Shown here: positions 1 through 10,651 of the stretch, in pieces
How the letters are laid out: the number at the start of each line of letters is the position of its first letter
Numbering within the stretch: position 1 is the first letter of the stretch
Assembly: GCA_051942245.1 (NCBI GenBank)
Contig: JAVECL010000039.1
Coordinates: 62,001 to 82,237, forward strand
Origin: Trypethelium eluteriae
Lineage: Eukaryota
Length of the DNA stretch: 20,237 nucleotides
Reading direction: 5' to 3'
Made by a program: the position numbers and the translations under genes
Notes under the pieces: generated by a model
Seen by the model: only the letters and a program-made list of their open reading frames with translations
Told to the model about the DNA's origin: nothing
Database searches by the model: none

Positions 1-88
1 CTCAGACTAATTAGTGTAAATAGTCACGGCTTGAATCAAATAGTGACTCGTCGATGCTGAGCAGAGTCAAGCTCTGATGTCTCACAGG

Positions 89-118
89 TGACTTGATCGT
101 TGACTTGATCGTTGACTT
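89..118 (+). repeat. Short tandem repeat (TGACTTGATCGT) x2.5
   Basis: Read directly: tgacttgatcgt tgacttgatcgt tgactt. Confidence 0.7.
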
Positions 119-644
119 TGCGGGAGGCGAAGTTTTGACGAATGTGGGTTTAAGGGTGTGGCTTGCCTTGGATGTCCCGGATCCGGAGTTCTGGAGTTCA
201 GAAGTGGCGCAGCAATTGGGGACAAAAAGTTGGCTTTGGCAGTTGGCACCAGCCCGACTTTGGCATCACTCCAGACATGCCGCAGCTCACCTCCGAACAA
301 CACGCATTTTGACGTGCCCGTGATTGCTACGGCCTTGGGCGCTATGCGGTAACGCTCGTTCTCTGAATCAATACCTACTAACTTCTAATTGCATCCTCTT
401 TCTGTTGTGTTCTTGCATTGACGCCCTCCGGACTTGTGAAGGGAATCCCCCCACCCGACATTAACCTTACCCGCCACCCATTGCTGCTGTTCTCGCTGCA
501 GACGCCCGTTTGAAAGAGCTACAATTGCCAACCGGGCGCGCTTTCTGCTCACGAACCGCCAATCTCTACGCTCACTTTGTCTTCCGCAACATTTCTTTCT
601 CTTTCCACGAGACTCTCGCGTAGTCACGGGTACAAGCTTCGATC

Positions 645-1707
645 ATGTCGTGTAAGATGTTCAACGCTTTTATACTACCCAGTGTAGTCGCTAACCATTT
701 CAAAGTGTCGTCCGAGGCGAAAGCATCCTACACAGGCATCATCGATAAAATCCTTGCCGCCGCTGATCTCACCACCATTACGGCCAAGACTGTTCGCAAG
801 GGTTTGCAAGCCAAAGTGAATGAGGATCTTGGCTCGCTCAAAGTATACATGTCCCTTCATGCTGTCATATAGCACTAAGGAGTGACTCGTCTTTATAGGG
901 ACCCATCAATGATCTCATCATTGAGCGTTTCGACAAGGCCAACGCTGCACGGACAGCCGCTGCCAATGCAGAACCTACCCCCACTGAGCGCGAAACGAAC
1001 GGTGCAAAGAGCAATGGCACCTCCAATCACGCCGGCGCGACGTCCTCATCCTCTCCACAAAAGCGCCCCGCCACTGAGGAGCCTCAAGACGAGTCCGAAC
1101 TCTCCGAACCCGCTGAAGACACCCCGCCTCCGAAGAAGAAGAACAAGAAGCAGCGCGACTCCCTAGATGACGATGCCGCTTTTGCTGCTCGTCTTCAGGC
1201 CGAGGAGAATAGCCGCGCTCGGCCAACAAGGGGGGGTAGCCAGAAGAAGCGGGTGGTCGCTAAACCGAAGAAGGACAAGAAGTCGCCTAAGAAGAAGAGC
1301 TCCGCGAAGGTTAAAGACGACGACGACAGCGACCTAGACTCTGGTACTGGCGGCGAGAAGAAGGAGAAAAAGCGTAACGGAGCCTTTCACGTGAGTCTTA
1401 CCCACATCCCCACACGGACCATCATCAGGTCCCTTTGTGGACCGAGCAGCTGACCGAACTCTATAAGAAACCCATGAACCTCTCTACGCCCCTCGCCTCA
1501 CTCGTAGGTGAAACTGTTCTTTCACGCCCGCAGACGGTCAAGAAGATCTGGGAATATGTCAAGGAACGGGATCTGCAAGATCCGAACGACAAGCGCCAAA
1601 TACGCTGCGATGATGCGATGCGCGCCGTCTTCAAGCAGGATCGTGTGCATATGTTCACCATGAACAAGATCCTCGCTTCTCAGCTCTACCCTGTGGATGA
1701 AGACTAG
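645..1707 (+). CDS. DEK-C + SWIB/MDM2 domain protein (Uaf30/Tri1/Spp27-like), ~291 aa; exons 645-651, 706-842, 899-1390, 1468-1707
   Basis: Three GT-AG introns (GTAAGA..AAG, GTATAC..TAG, GTGAGT..AAG) join into one frame. N-terminal DEK-C-like IIDKILAAADLTTITAKTVRKGL...INDLIIERFD, a Lys/Asp-rich linker, and a C-terminal SWIB LSRPQTVKKIWEYVKERDLQDPNDKRQIRCDDAMRAVFKQDRVHMFTMNKIL. Confidence 0.92.
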
Positions 1708-2543
1708 AACCAATTTCACGCCATACGTATCCAGGGCATACGGTTCAGACGCGTATTTTGATGCGTTTGTGGCTTTTTTTTTACGAGGACCAACGACCTC
1801 ATGAAGGTATCCTGGAGGCTACCTATCCAGCCAAGCATTTTGGTCATTCAGTGATTTTTGACCTGTCATTAGCGGGGGCGTTAAGCTTGGCCCTTTTACT
1901 CTGCAACGTGTTTCCGGCTCATGAATGTATCATGTCAATAGGGGGCACGGCTGGTTGCTTTGATTCTTCATCACTACGGCATTTGAGCACGATATCGGCT
2001 CTCATTAGGGCGCTCAGCAGCTTGAAATACTATTTGATGGATGTTCCTATTTACGCTTAGTAGCTACTCTTGGCTCTGAATAGCGCCTTGCAAAGCTAGC
2101 GCCGACATTAAAAAGCATATTTGAAAGTTCTGAGTCTTCCAGCTCATTTGCACGTCGTGAAGATATTTACGGAGAGCGACGCTGAAATCGCTACGAAAGC
2201 TACAAGTTCGTTGCTTTGTAGCGAAGATGAGTCCGGTAGCCAGGTGGTCCATACCATCGAGAACCATCGAAACGAAGTAATTGAAAGTGCTGTTTAGCTT
2301 TCCGTGCTTTCGAAAGACCACGTTGGACAGAAAGGAAATATAAAGAATGTCTGCTGGTGTAGTTGGTATCCCAGAAACGCTAACATCAAACCATCCCGTC
2401 TGCAATGGCACAGTGGGCATTGGGATCTCCCTTACCCGTTATCCGGCTCAACTCCTCGAGAAACGCCCACAGAATACCCTGCAATAAACTTCGGTAGTAC
2501 TAAACCCTCCCTACAAGAGATCAGCAAACCACGCCCTGACATC

Positions 2544-4104
2544 TCACAAATCAAACCGCCACTCCTGTAGAGCTTCCTCTCGTAACATGTCGTCCAGCAT
2601 CGGCAGCTGTCTCATCTCAGACCCGTCCCCATCTTCCTCCCTACCCGGTCCACCAAGGCCGAGCTGATCTCCGTGCTCACGGAGCCAAGCATCCACAGCC
2701 GCCGCTTCCACACCCTCTGGATCCGCAGCGGACGATGTCGCTGCAGCAGGGCGCTGATTCTCCTTCTGAATCGCGACACGACGCGCGCTAGGAGCCATGG
2801 CGCTGGTGGGTCGGGAGGACGAAGCAGGTTTTTTGGGCTTGACTGTGGTGCTGGAGCCACGCTCGCCAGATACCGGGGTTTGATCGCGCATGACGTCCTG
2901 AAGGGGCCGGCGGAGGTTCGAGGATGCGGTGCGTCCTTGGGCGTAGCCAAGCGTGGTGCGTGATGCGGTGACGTTGCCGGAGGTGGTGCGGAGACTGGAT
3001 GGGTTCATTGCTGCCGAGGTAGCTGTCGTGAGTTGCTTGCGCCCCGATGGGGCGGTAGGAGTCGGTGTCTTGGCCTTCTGAGTGCTTGATGCCGTAGGAC
3101 GGGTTGAGGTGTGGGGTTTTGATGGACGTGAAAGGGCCGATGCGGCAGACTTAGAGACGGAGATTGAAGGCTCCTGGGTAGGCGCGCTTCTCTTTTTCTT
3201 TGCCTCGAGCTGTTTGTCAGCTAGCTTGCCACCTGTAGAAGCGTTTGTGTCTGCGGTATCGAAAAAGTTGAGGACCGGGTCGTTATCTATGGCGCTTTGA
3301 AGCAAATCATCCATGTTCTTTTCGTGCTCGGCCTGAGCTTCTGCTTCTTCCTTCTCACGCTTTGCGATAAAATCCTCATCGTCAGCACCGGAAAAGGTGG
3401 CGTATAGACCGCGTGTGATGTTCTCTGGTGAGAACATAGGGTATTGTTTGTCGGCAGGATAGTCATCTGGATCATCGCGGAGTGCTGAAGCTCATGAGTT
3501 TTTTTTTTTTCTAGTCTTTGCGAATGTGCAATGCGACTTACGTTTGGGCTGAGGGGGCATATATTCGATCTCAGGTTCTTCATTCCCTGCTTCAACCTTA
3601 TTTGGTCCTTCATGATGTACCTTGACTTTTGCTCGTCGCATGCGTGGGCTGAGTGATTTGGGTATTGACTTTTCTTTTGCATGGTCGATTGATAGAGGTG
3701 CCGGAGTTTGAAAAGCTTTTGCCTTGGCATTTGTAGTTTTCATTCCCAATGGAGCGCGATTACGTGGTCCTAGAACGTCAATTTTAGCATTCATCCCGTG
3801 ATTCAAGTAGCTCATATTTCGCACCAGCAGGAGTGACTAAAGTGTTACTACTTCCACCTTTGCCACTTTTGCCATCTCTGGCATCTTTTGCGGGATCATC
3901 ATAATGTTGGACGTTGGCCTTGAGAACAGACTTTCCGGTCTTTAGAGGAGCATTTTCGTCATTCAGTGGGATACGGAATGGTGTCTTTGGGCCCTTGTTT
4001 GCAGGCGTCTTCGCGCCTCTGGTTCCATGATTCAGTGGTTTAGCAGCAGCAGCGGTCTGACGAGCATGCGCCAGATTTTCTTGATCGTGGGCTGCTGCTA
4101 ACAT
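2544..4104 (-). CDS. Securin-like protein (Cut2/Pds1 family, separase inhibitor), ~482 aa; exons 4104-3825, 3769-3542, 3484-2544
   Basis: Introns 3824-3770 (GTGCGA..TAG) and 3541-3485 (GTAAGT..CAG) join in frame. Low-complexity protein with a D-box-like RAPLGMKTTN, several [ST]P sites, a KEN motif and EPEIEYMPPQPK. The last resembles the separase-binding pseudosubstrate motif of fungal securins. Confidence 0.78.
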
Positions 4105-4442
4105 CTTGAGAATAGCGCATTGAGCTCCTGGAGTTCCGTCAATAAGTGTAGCGAATAGACAGATATCGACGTCGAGGTGGATGAAGTCCGGAATGAGTTT
4201 TGTTGATGTTGTCGTCGCCGAGCAACGGACAGGGGTTACTGCCGGATCAGAGACCCTGCAGCTGGGCTTGCAACAGGCCAGACGACACTGAGCGATCGCT
4301 TGAAGACACCCCACCGTCAGACACAAATCGCCATTCACGAACCCAGCAGATCAATTCCTGACTTTTCTTGCAAAGTCAACCTGTACCTCGGAAAGTCTCT
4401 CTAGAACCTTCTGTCTACCTCTGTCCCTCGCTCACTGCAACC
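4105..4442. promoter_or_regulatory. Divergent intergenic/bidirectional promoter between securin-like gene and tropomyosin (338 bp between ATGs)
   Basis: Head-to-head start codons, with a pyrimidine-rich tract before the tropomyosin ATG. Confidence 0.55.
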
Positions 4443-5110
4443 ATGGATCAAATCAAGAAGGTGCGTTGTCCCCCACTGTACCCCACAATGCTACTGTCGT
4501 ATGCGTAATCAGACCCCGGCAATGGAATAGAATCACCCAATCTTCGCACTCTTTCAGGGCTAACAATTTCCTCCTCAGCGTCTTGCCGCTCTTCGCGAGG
4601 AAGCCGACGAAGCCCACGCTAAGGTCGAGGAGCTTTCTTCTAAAGTAAAGACTCTTGAGCAAGAGAATCTCACAAAGGAACAAGAGATTACCTCACTTTC
4701 ACACAAGAACCAACTCCTCGAATCCGAAGTTGAGAAACTGGAAGGAGGCATCAAGGACGCCAAAGCTGCCGCGGAAGAGAGTGGTGCCCACGGTCAACAG
4801 AACGAGACCCTTCAGCGGAGGCTACAGTTGCTTGAGGAAGAAGCTGAGGAGGCAGACAAGAATTTGAGGGAGGCCAATGAGAAGTACGCATTACCGAATA
4901 AACCAATATGAGTGAACATCTGGGGACTCTACTGACCCCGAACATAGACTCCGCCAGACGGATGTCAAATCAGGGCACTACGAACGCAAAGTACAAGCAC
5001 TCGAGAGCTCGCGCGACCAATGGGAATCTAAATACGAGGAGATGGCTAAAAAATATGGCGATACCAAGAAAGAGCTCGACGACTTTGTGGCCGAGATTGG
5101 GAACATCTAA
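4443..5110 (+). CDS. TPM1: Tropomyosin (Cdc8/Tpm1 homolog), 161 aa; exons 4443-4460, 4579-4883, 4948-5110
   Basis: Not shown in the ORF track because of the introns. The spliced product MDQIKKRLAALREEADEAHAKVEELSSKVKTLEQENLTKEQEITSLSHKNQLLESEVEKLE...LQRRLQLLEEEAEEADKNLREANEKLRQTDVKSGHYERKVQALE...IGNI is a continuous coiled coil of the length of fungal tropomyosins. Splice sites are canonical, with GCTAAC/ACTGAC branch points. Confidence 0.96.
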
Positions 5111-5332
5111 ACCATTCAGAAGGGAGGGGAAGCTGGTTCACGAAGTTCCGTTGATGTCAGAAGTCGTTGCTATAGATTGTAATCTGGACGGTGCACGGTA
5201 ATACTTGTTCGACGGCGCCGTGGACTTCATAGGTCGATATCTTCTGATCCTCATACATAGATGCAGGAATGAAAGTGATTCACATCAAAGGTTCGGCTAC
5301 GCATGAAGGGCAAGTCTGTGACAAGCTATGTC

Positions 5333-6074
5333 TTAGCCACGACGGGCTTTTGCAGCTTTGGAATTTCTAGCCTTCTGCTTCTGCCTCGTTACTTTACGTT
5401 CTGCTGCACTCTCGTATCGAAATTTCTTTCTCTTCTTTGGTTTGTTGCCCGCTGGTTTCTCCTTCGTCCATATTCGCTTCTTTTGTAGCTTGCCGTTTGA
5501 GGTATCTCTCTCACGGTCTTTCTCTTCTGGGTCTGAATCTGCAACCTGATCGTCCTCGTCATCATCATTATCGCCGTCATTCTCCTCCATAGCGACATGG
5601 AGTCCGTCCTTCGCCACATGCACCGACTCCACGGTGACTGTGGCATACTTATCCTCATCGATGTACTCATCCACTCGATTGATCTCCGGTGGCTCTTCGA
5701 AACCTGCCCACTCTTCCCCACCGTTTGGTTCAGGTACATCATTTGCGTCCTCCTCATTGATATCCGCGTGCCCATTTATGTTGCGTAGCATAGAATTGAC
5801 CGCTTCGACGTGCTCCTCCAGTTGCTGTCGCCTTCGCTTTCGCATCTGTAATTGCAAGATCAGCACAAGCCCTAATTTTACATAGCTATCTGCTAACTTC
5901 TTTGCGCTCCTTGATTCGTTCATCTTGCTCCCGTTTAGCAGCCTCTTCTTGAGCTTGTTTGATCCTCTGCTGCTTGCGCTTGTGAAATCCTGTAAGATAT
6001 TGCTCCCGCGCAGCTTCATCAAATGAAATCTCCTCCACTGGAACGACCTTCCTCTTCTTGAAGGCTGGCGCCAT
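5333..6074 (-). CDS. RRP17: Ribosomal RNA-processing protein 17 (Nop25/NOL12 family), ~229 aa; exons 6074-5898, 5845-5333
   Basis: VEEISFDEAAREQYLTGFHKRKQQRIKQAQE signature, acidic middle with EYIDEDKYATVTVE, and C-terminal KKRKKFRYESAAERK. Intron 5897-5846 is GTTAGC..GCTGAT..CAG. Confidence 0.93.
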
Positions 6075-6258
6075 CACATGCTCTTTCCCTCTTTCTGAAG
6101 TTCATGTAAAGCTAGTGGCGGTGCGGACGAGAAAAGTTCAGCGACAGGTGTGAACCCCACGGATGCTTTTGCAGGGTTCGGTGATCCACCTCCGACCGCT
6201 CTCAAGTCAAAGCTGTCCCTCCGGGTCAGGACATGCCATCATCAACACCACCACCATA
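6075..6258. promoter_or_regulatory. Very compact divergent promoter between RRP17 and Voa1/BIG1 (184 bp between ATGs)
   Basis: Head-to-head start codons at 6074 (-) and 6259 (+). Confidence 0.55.
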
Positions 6259-7407
6259 ATGCGATCGCCAGTTCTATGGGCATATGCCCTAACTATTGGA
6301 ATAGCGAGCGCATTTGAAGACGCCTCCCCTTTCTTTCTTGCTTCTACCTCTCGGTGTGTAGCTCCTATTACCAACAGACGACTGCGACGTGATGTGAATG
6401 CTAACACACCGAAGCCTAGCAAATAGCTCCCTCGAGTCTCTGAAAGTCGCTTCACCTTCTCAAGTCACCTCCTCGGTGCTAAAATCGCTCGGCAGCTGTC
6501 CTTCGCAAACTTACATAGTCGTCGAACAGCGCTCGGCCCGGTTGGCCGACTTTACTGGTAGGGAAGCAGCCCCAGCGCTCCGCAGATTAGTTCAAAAAGA
6601 GGATACGAAAGTGCTATCAAGCTACGTGATTCCGGAGGTTGTAGCAAAGATCGACGCGGAGGAACTCTCCAGGCATCTATCTACTCAATGCCAGGCTCAG
6701 CGCTTGAACTCCGAAGTATTCAGTACGTTTCTACGAAATCTACGACTCTCGGTTCCGTGGATAGTAGAGCTGACGTAGGGCCAAAATAGCCGGACTTAGG
6801 TTGACCGACACAAATATATCGCCTACAGTTGTGACCGTTCATGGAATACAGCTTGCTCCTGGCGAGAGTCGCACAGGTCGCCTTAACACTTTACGATTCA
6901 ATGGTACATATACGCCTCATAAGTTCCACCCAAGTTAGTATCTAAATATGCCACAGACGACCGTCTAGGTCACATCGTCGACAAAGCCGCTTCGTTAGGC
7001 GATTATACAGTCATTTATATCACCACTCCTCCTTCCCTCGAAGCCCCTAGTTCCAGATCTCACCAGCAACAAATCTATGACATGGATGACTTTGAGCTTG
7101 ATGGTACGGAGCATATCGAACTGAAACGTGACTTTAACGGACATATTCGTGCTGCTGAAAACTCGTCACTCCCCCTTTTCGAGACATACCAGTTCCTTTC
7201 TCCTGGTAAATTCCCCGTCCTCTCGACCTTGTAAATTCCAGGTTACGGGACTAATCTACAGAGACAGGTCTTTTCATGGGTGGTGTCGTTACTCTACTAT
7301 TGCTTCTCATCCTCTACGTTGGCGTTACAGCGATCGCGAGTCTCGAGGTGTCGTATATGGCATTTAGCAAGGAGATGGGACCAGCGGCGCAAAAGAAGCA
7401 GCAGTGA
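6259..7407 (+). CDS. Voa1/Ac45 (BIG1-annotated) V-ATPase accessory/assembly type I membrane protein, ~301 aa; exons 6259-6353, 6415-6722, 6790-6903, 6957-7205, 7268-7407
   Basis: Signal peptide (MRSPVLWAYALTIGIASA-FEDASPFFL), YTVIYITTP and HIELKRD motifs, and LPLFETYQFLSPGLFMG followed by a TM helix and LEVSYMAFSKEMGPAAQKKQQ with a KKxx terminus. All four introns are GT-AG and keep the frame. Confidence 0.88.
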
Positions 7408-7727
7408 ATCAACTTTGTATATTTTATTTTTGCGATGTAATGCCAATCTGTACAATGTCTTGGCTCTCAGGCGGCCATGTGAGGAGTTTCGGTGCAAATA
7501 AACTGCTTAGGTAGTCGTACATTCCTCGGCTCACCGAGTTAAGAATACGCAAACAATATTTTGCGCTATCCGCATTCTACGGCGATATTTGACACACGGA
7601 GCGTATATGTGTCTCTGGCAACTATCTTTTAGCTACCTTACCGGCCGTCGCAAAGATCTTCCTCTACTGCCTTCTTTCCCTATCCTTCCGTCATCGCTAT
7701 CGTGCATCCTATTTGTTGACACTCATT

Positions 7728-8776
7728 ATGCCTCACCAATCTGTCTTTTCGCTCTTTTGCCTTCTCACCTTCCTTTCCATCATTACCATCTGTACCGCAC
7801 AGACCGGCGGTATCCAGACTGTCGCCGTTGGGCAGAACAACTTCACTTTTACACCGGATACCATCTTCGCTCCTGTTGGTTCCGTTGTGCAATTCCAATT
7901 CTATCCGAGAAACCATTCGGTCGTGCAAGGGGACTTCGATGACCCATGTCAGCCGAAAGCCAGTGGGAATGGGTTTTATTCGGGTTATCAGGTTGTAGGC
8001 AGCGGGGTTGCGGTGAGTGCTTTCTCCAGCTAATGTAGTGAGGGTACACCGGTGAGACAGCAAAGGTAGTATGAGGGTGAATTATGTTGGTTGAGCATCG
8101 AGTGCTTTAGAGACGGGAAGTATTAAAGGACCACGAATGACTTGTATGGTTGGAAGAGACAGGAGGAGAATCTAATAGAATTTAGGAACGTGCTAATGCT
8201 AATGGAACTCTTCGCAACAGCCCGAAGTATTCAGCGTGACAATTAGCGATACGGGCCCAATCTTTTTCTACTGCTCCCAACCATTCGCCACGCATTGTCA
8301 GGTGGGAATGGTCGGAGTCATAAATCCTTCGTAAGTGACCTACCGTACTTGCATAGAAGTCGCGACCATTCTAAGCGCCCATCAGTACGGCAGGGGATCC
8401 TCCTCAGTCTCTTGCTGAGTATCGGGCAGCATCCGAGACGACAAACAGCTCATCGACACCCGCGCAAGTCCAAGGGGGCATATTTGAGGTCCCAGCTCCA
8501 CCGTCTAATAGCACGAGCACAAGCGCTGTGCCGCCAGCAAGCAGTACAACGTCAACAAACACTTATTTGATCGGAGTGACACTGGGCCCAGCTGGCAGTG
8601 GAGCGCCGACGGCAACGCCTACGTCCGAATCCACGGGCGCGGTCTCGAGCGCAAGCTCCAGTGCCAATATAAGTGCAAGTTCGACGGTCTCTTATGGGGG
8701 CCCTGGAGCATGCCCAGCGTCTTCTGCTTCTGCTACCAAGAAGAGATGGATGGGTGATGACATTCGTATGCATTGA
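7728..8776 (+). CDS. Secreted cupredoxin-like (extracellular serine-rich) protein, ~261 aa; exons 7728-8012, 8221-8330, 8386-8776
   Basis: Signal peptide, then VAVGQNNFTFTPDTIFAPVGSVVQFQFYPRNHSVVQGDFDDPC...FYSG...PIFFYCSQPFATHCQVGMVGVINP with type-1 copper ligand pattern H/C/H/M. Ser/Thr-rich tail. Canonical GTGAGT and GTAAGT introns. Confidence 0.9.
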
Positions 8777-10651
8777 GCATCGAAATGGAACAGCGACCAC
8801 GCTGGCAAAGGTTGTTCACTCACTTTCTTCGATGTGCAAATTGACTTCTTCACGCATCTCCTAGCTGCGAGGACCAGCTTCCATGAGGTAGCATGTGCGT
8901 TTATTAAGGTAACATCGAAAGCTTGTTGGAGATAAGAGGTCCAGGCCCTTCTCTGTGATCTCGGCACGTGCTGTGATATGATCATTTCGGCATCTGTGGC
9001 TGATCGGTCATTTTGCAATCACGACCTTGGAAAACGGTATTTGTGTGATTGGTGCAATAATGGTACAAAGGCCTCATTCGACAGGATGACAGTTGATCTT
9101 ACAGATTGTTCAATGGCAACCAGTTCGTGCGTGCTAGTCAAATAGAAGGTTCGGCAAAGTCATCACTGCGTTGTCGGCGGCGCCACAGGTGCCGAACTGG
9201 GTATTCCGTAGAAAGATATAATGAACCCAAACTGGCGCATTAGGAACCTTAACGTCTTTTGACTCATCAACAGGCTTCTTCCTCAGAAGCACACGTCACG
9301 GAATGCAACGATAGTGATGGTGATGTTGCAGCGAACTAATAAAGCTAAGCAACCCGAGCTATGAATGGTGTACATTGGCTGGTAAGCTTATATCGCTCTA
9401 AAGGACCGGAAATAAAGCTCAGGTCCTTGGAGGCGTCTGGGCTTTTGTAGGCGTTTGCCTCGATTCAAAGACTAGATGGGCTGTTCAGACTGATGTCGCC
9501 GCATCTCTCTTTGCAACGGTCGGTGGACGTAATACGAGACGAGACGAGAATGAGTCGCATAGCAATGATGGATTCGATCCCATGAGCCCATCAAGTACCA
9601 GATCTCTATTTTGGCCGTCAAGCGCGCGCAAGAGGCAGGCGAAGCATGAGACAGTTGGCACTTGGGGTTTCAAAAACTGCAGGTTGGTTGCTGCACTTGC
9701 GGATAAACGGCAAACCTAGACGCCATGTTTTTCAACGGCCAGAAAGCTGAGAGCACGGGAAGGGGAAAGGAGGGGAGAGGAGGGAAGGTACGCCGTAACA
9801 AGTGTTGTGTGAAGCTGGACTTGCAGGTGCTGGGCCAGTCCAGACTGTGCCTGCTGGTTTCGGAGTGGGAAGCTACGCAGTAATGTAGTTAAGGCAGTCA
9901 CGGTCAACTGAGGCTCGGACTCTCGGCCGACTCCCGCCCGCTCCACCACCGACTCATGCCTCGTCGTGCCATCTCATCCCATCCTCCGCCCACGGTGCTG
10001 AAGACCTTCAATCTAAATCCGACGATGGGATTGTCAGCCGTTGGAGCCATCGCGACACACGCTCACTGCGCCGTGACGACATGGAGGCTGCGCCGGCTGG
10101 AAATAAGGGCAGTGGGCGTCGACTACGCCCAGAAGGCGTCGCCTACTGCACTGGACCGCGTTCTAGAACCAGATCGCCCTGGCCGGTGCTTTCGCTGTGC
10201 TCGCTACGAAGTAGGACGGCCATCCTCCCTGACCAGCCTAACCAGCATCCACCGACCATCCATGCCCTTTCCTTCATCTCCTCAGCCAGACTTGGCTGAG
10301 AGATCGCCCACTAACCTCGAAACTGCACACCCACCCCTGGCTCTCTCCCGCAACCTCTACCTACTCTCTCTCTTACCATCCTCTCCCAATATCACAACTC
10401 GACTTGCGCTGGAGAAGGCCATTTGGAACGTTTGAGCTCAGTCTTGGGTACGGCGCCAATATCGAAATGATTGGATGAAAACCATCAAACTCGAATAATC
10501 CCATATCTCTCGGAGGGCCTCTCTGGATTAATAATCCTCGCGTCAATTGTTCATTACCTGGACAACATCGGATCCATTTCCAAGCCTTGCATTCAACCAG
10601 GCTGATTAGGACAGTTTTCAGGCAGACCATCTCTGCAGACGCACTGCGGTT

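Noticed and set aside
1..627. Several short ORFs on both strands and TGACTC/GAGTCA hexamers
   Set aside because: No coding signature. The hexamers are too short to call as Gcn4/AP-1 sites without conservation data.
2348..2460. tRNA-like A-box (TGGTGTAGTTGGT) and B-box-like GGCTCAACTCC
   Set aside because: No acceptor or anticodon stem pairing could be built, and the T-loop lacks TTC. It lies in the probable 3' UTR region of the securin-like gene.
3499..3510. Poly-T run (poly-A on the minus strand)
   Set aside because: Lies inside securin intron 2 with no target-site duplication or retroelement sequence, so it is a simple homopolymer.
4105..4338. N-terminal extension of the 3784..4338 ORF
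   Set aside because: It starts at a non-ATG codon and lies in the divergent promoter. The credible start is ATG 4104 (MLAAAHDQEN).
9175..9552. Small GC hairpin (CGGCGCC-ACA-GGTGCCG) and (ACGAG)x3 microrepeat
   Set aside because: Too short to distinguish from chance, and no ncRNA family features.
9956..10435. 159-aa + strand ORF upstream of the histidine kinase
   Set aside because: Pro/Ser/Arg-rich with no domain signature. It coincides with a pyrimidine-rich promoter/UTR region and stops before any splice link to the kinase.
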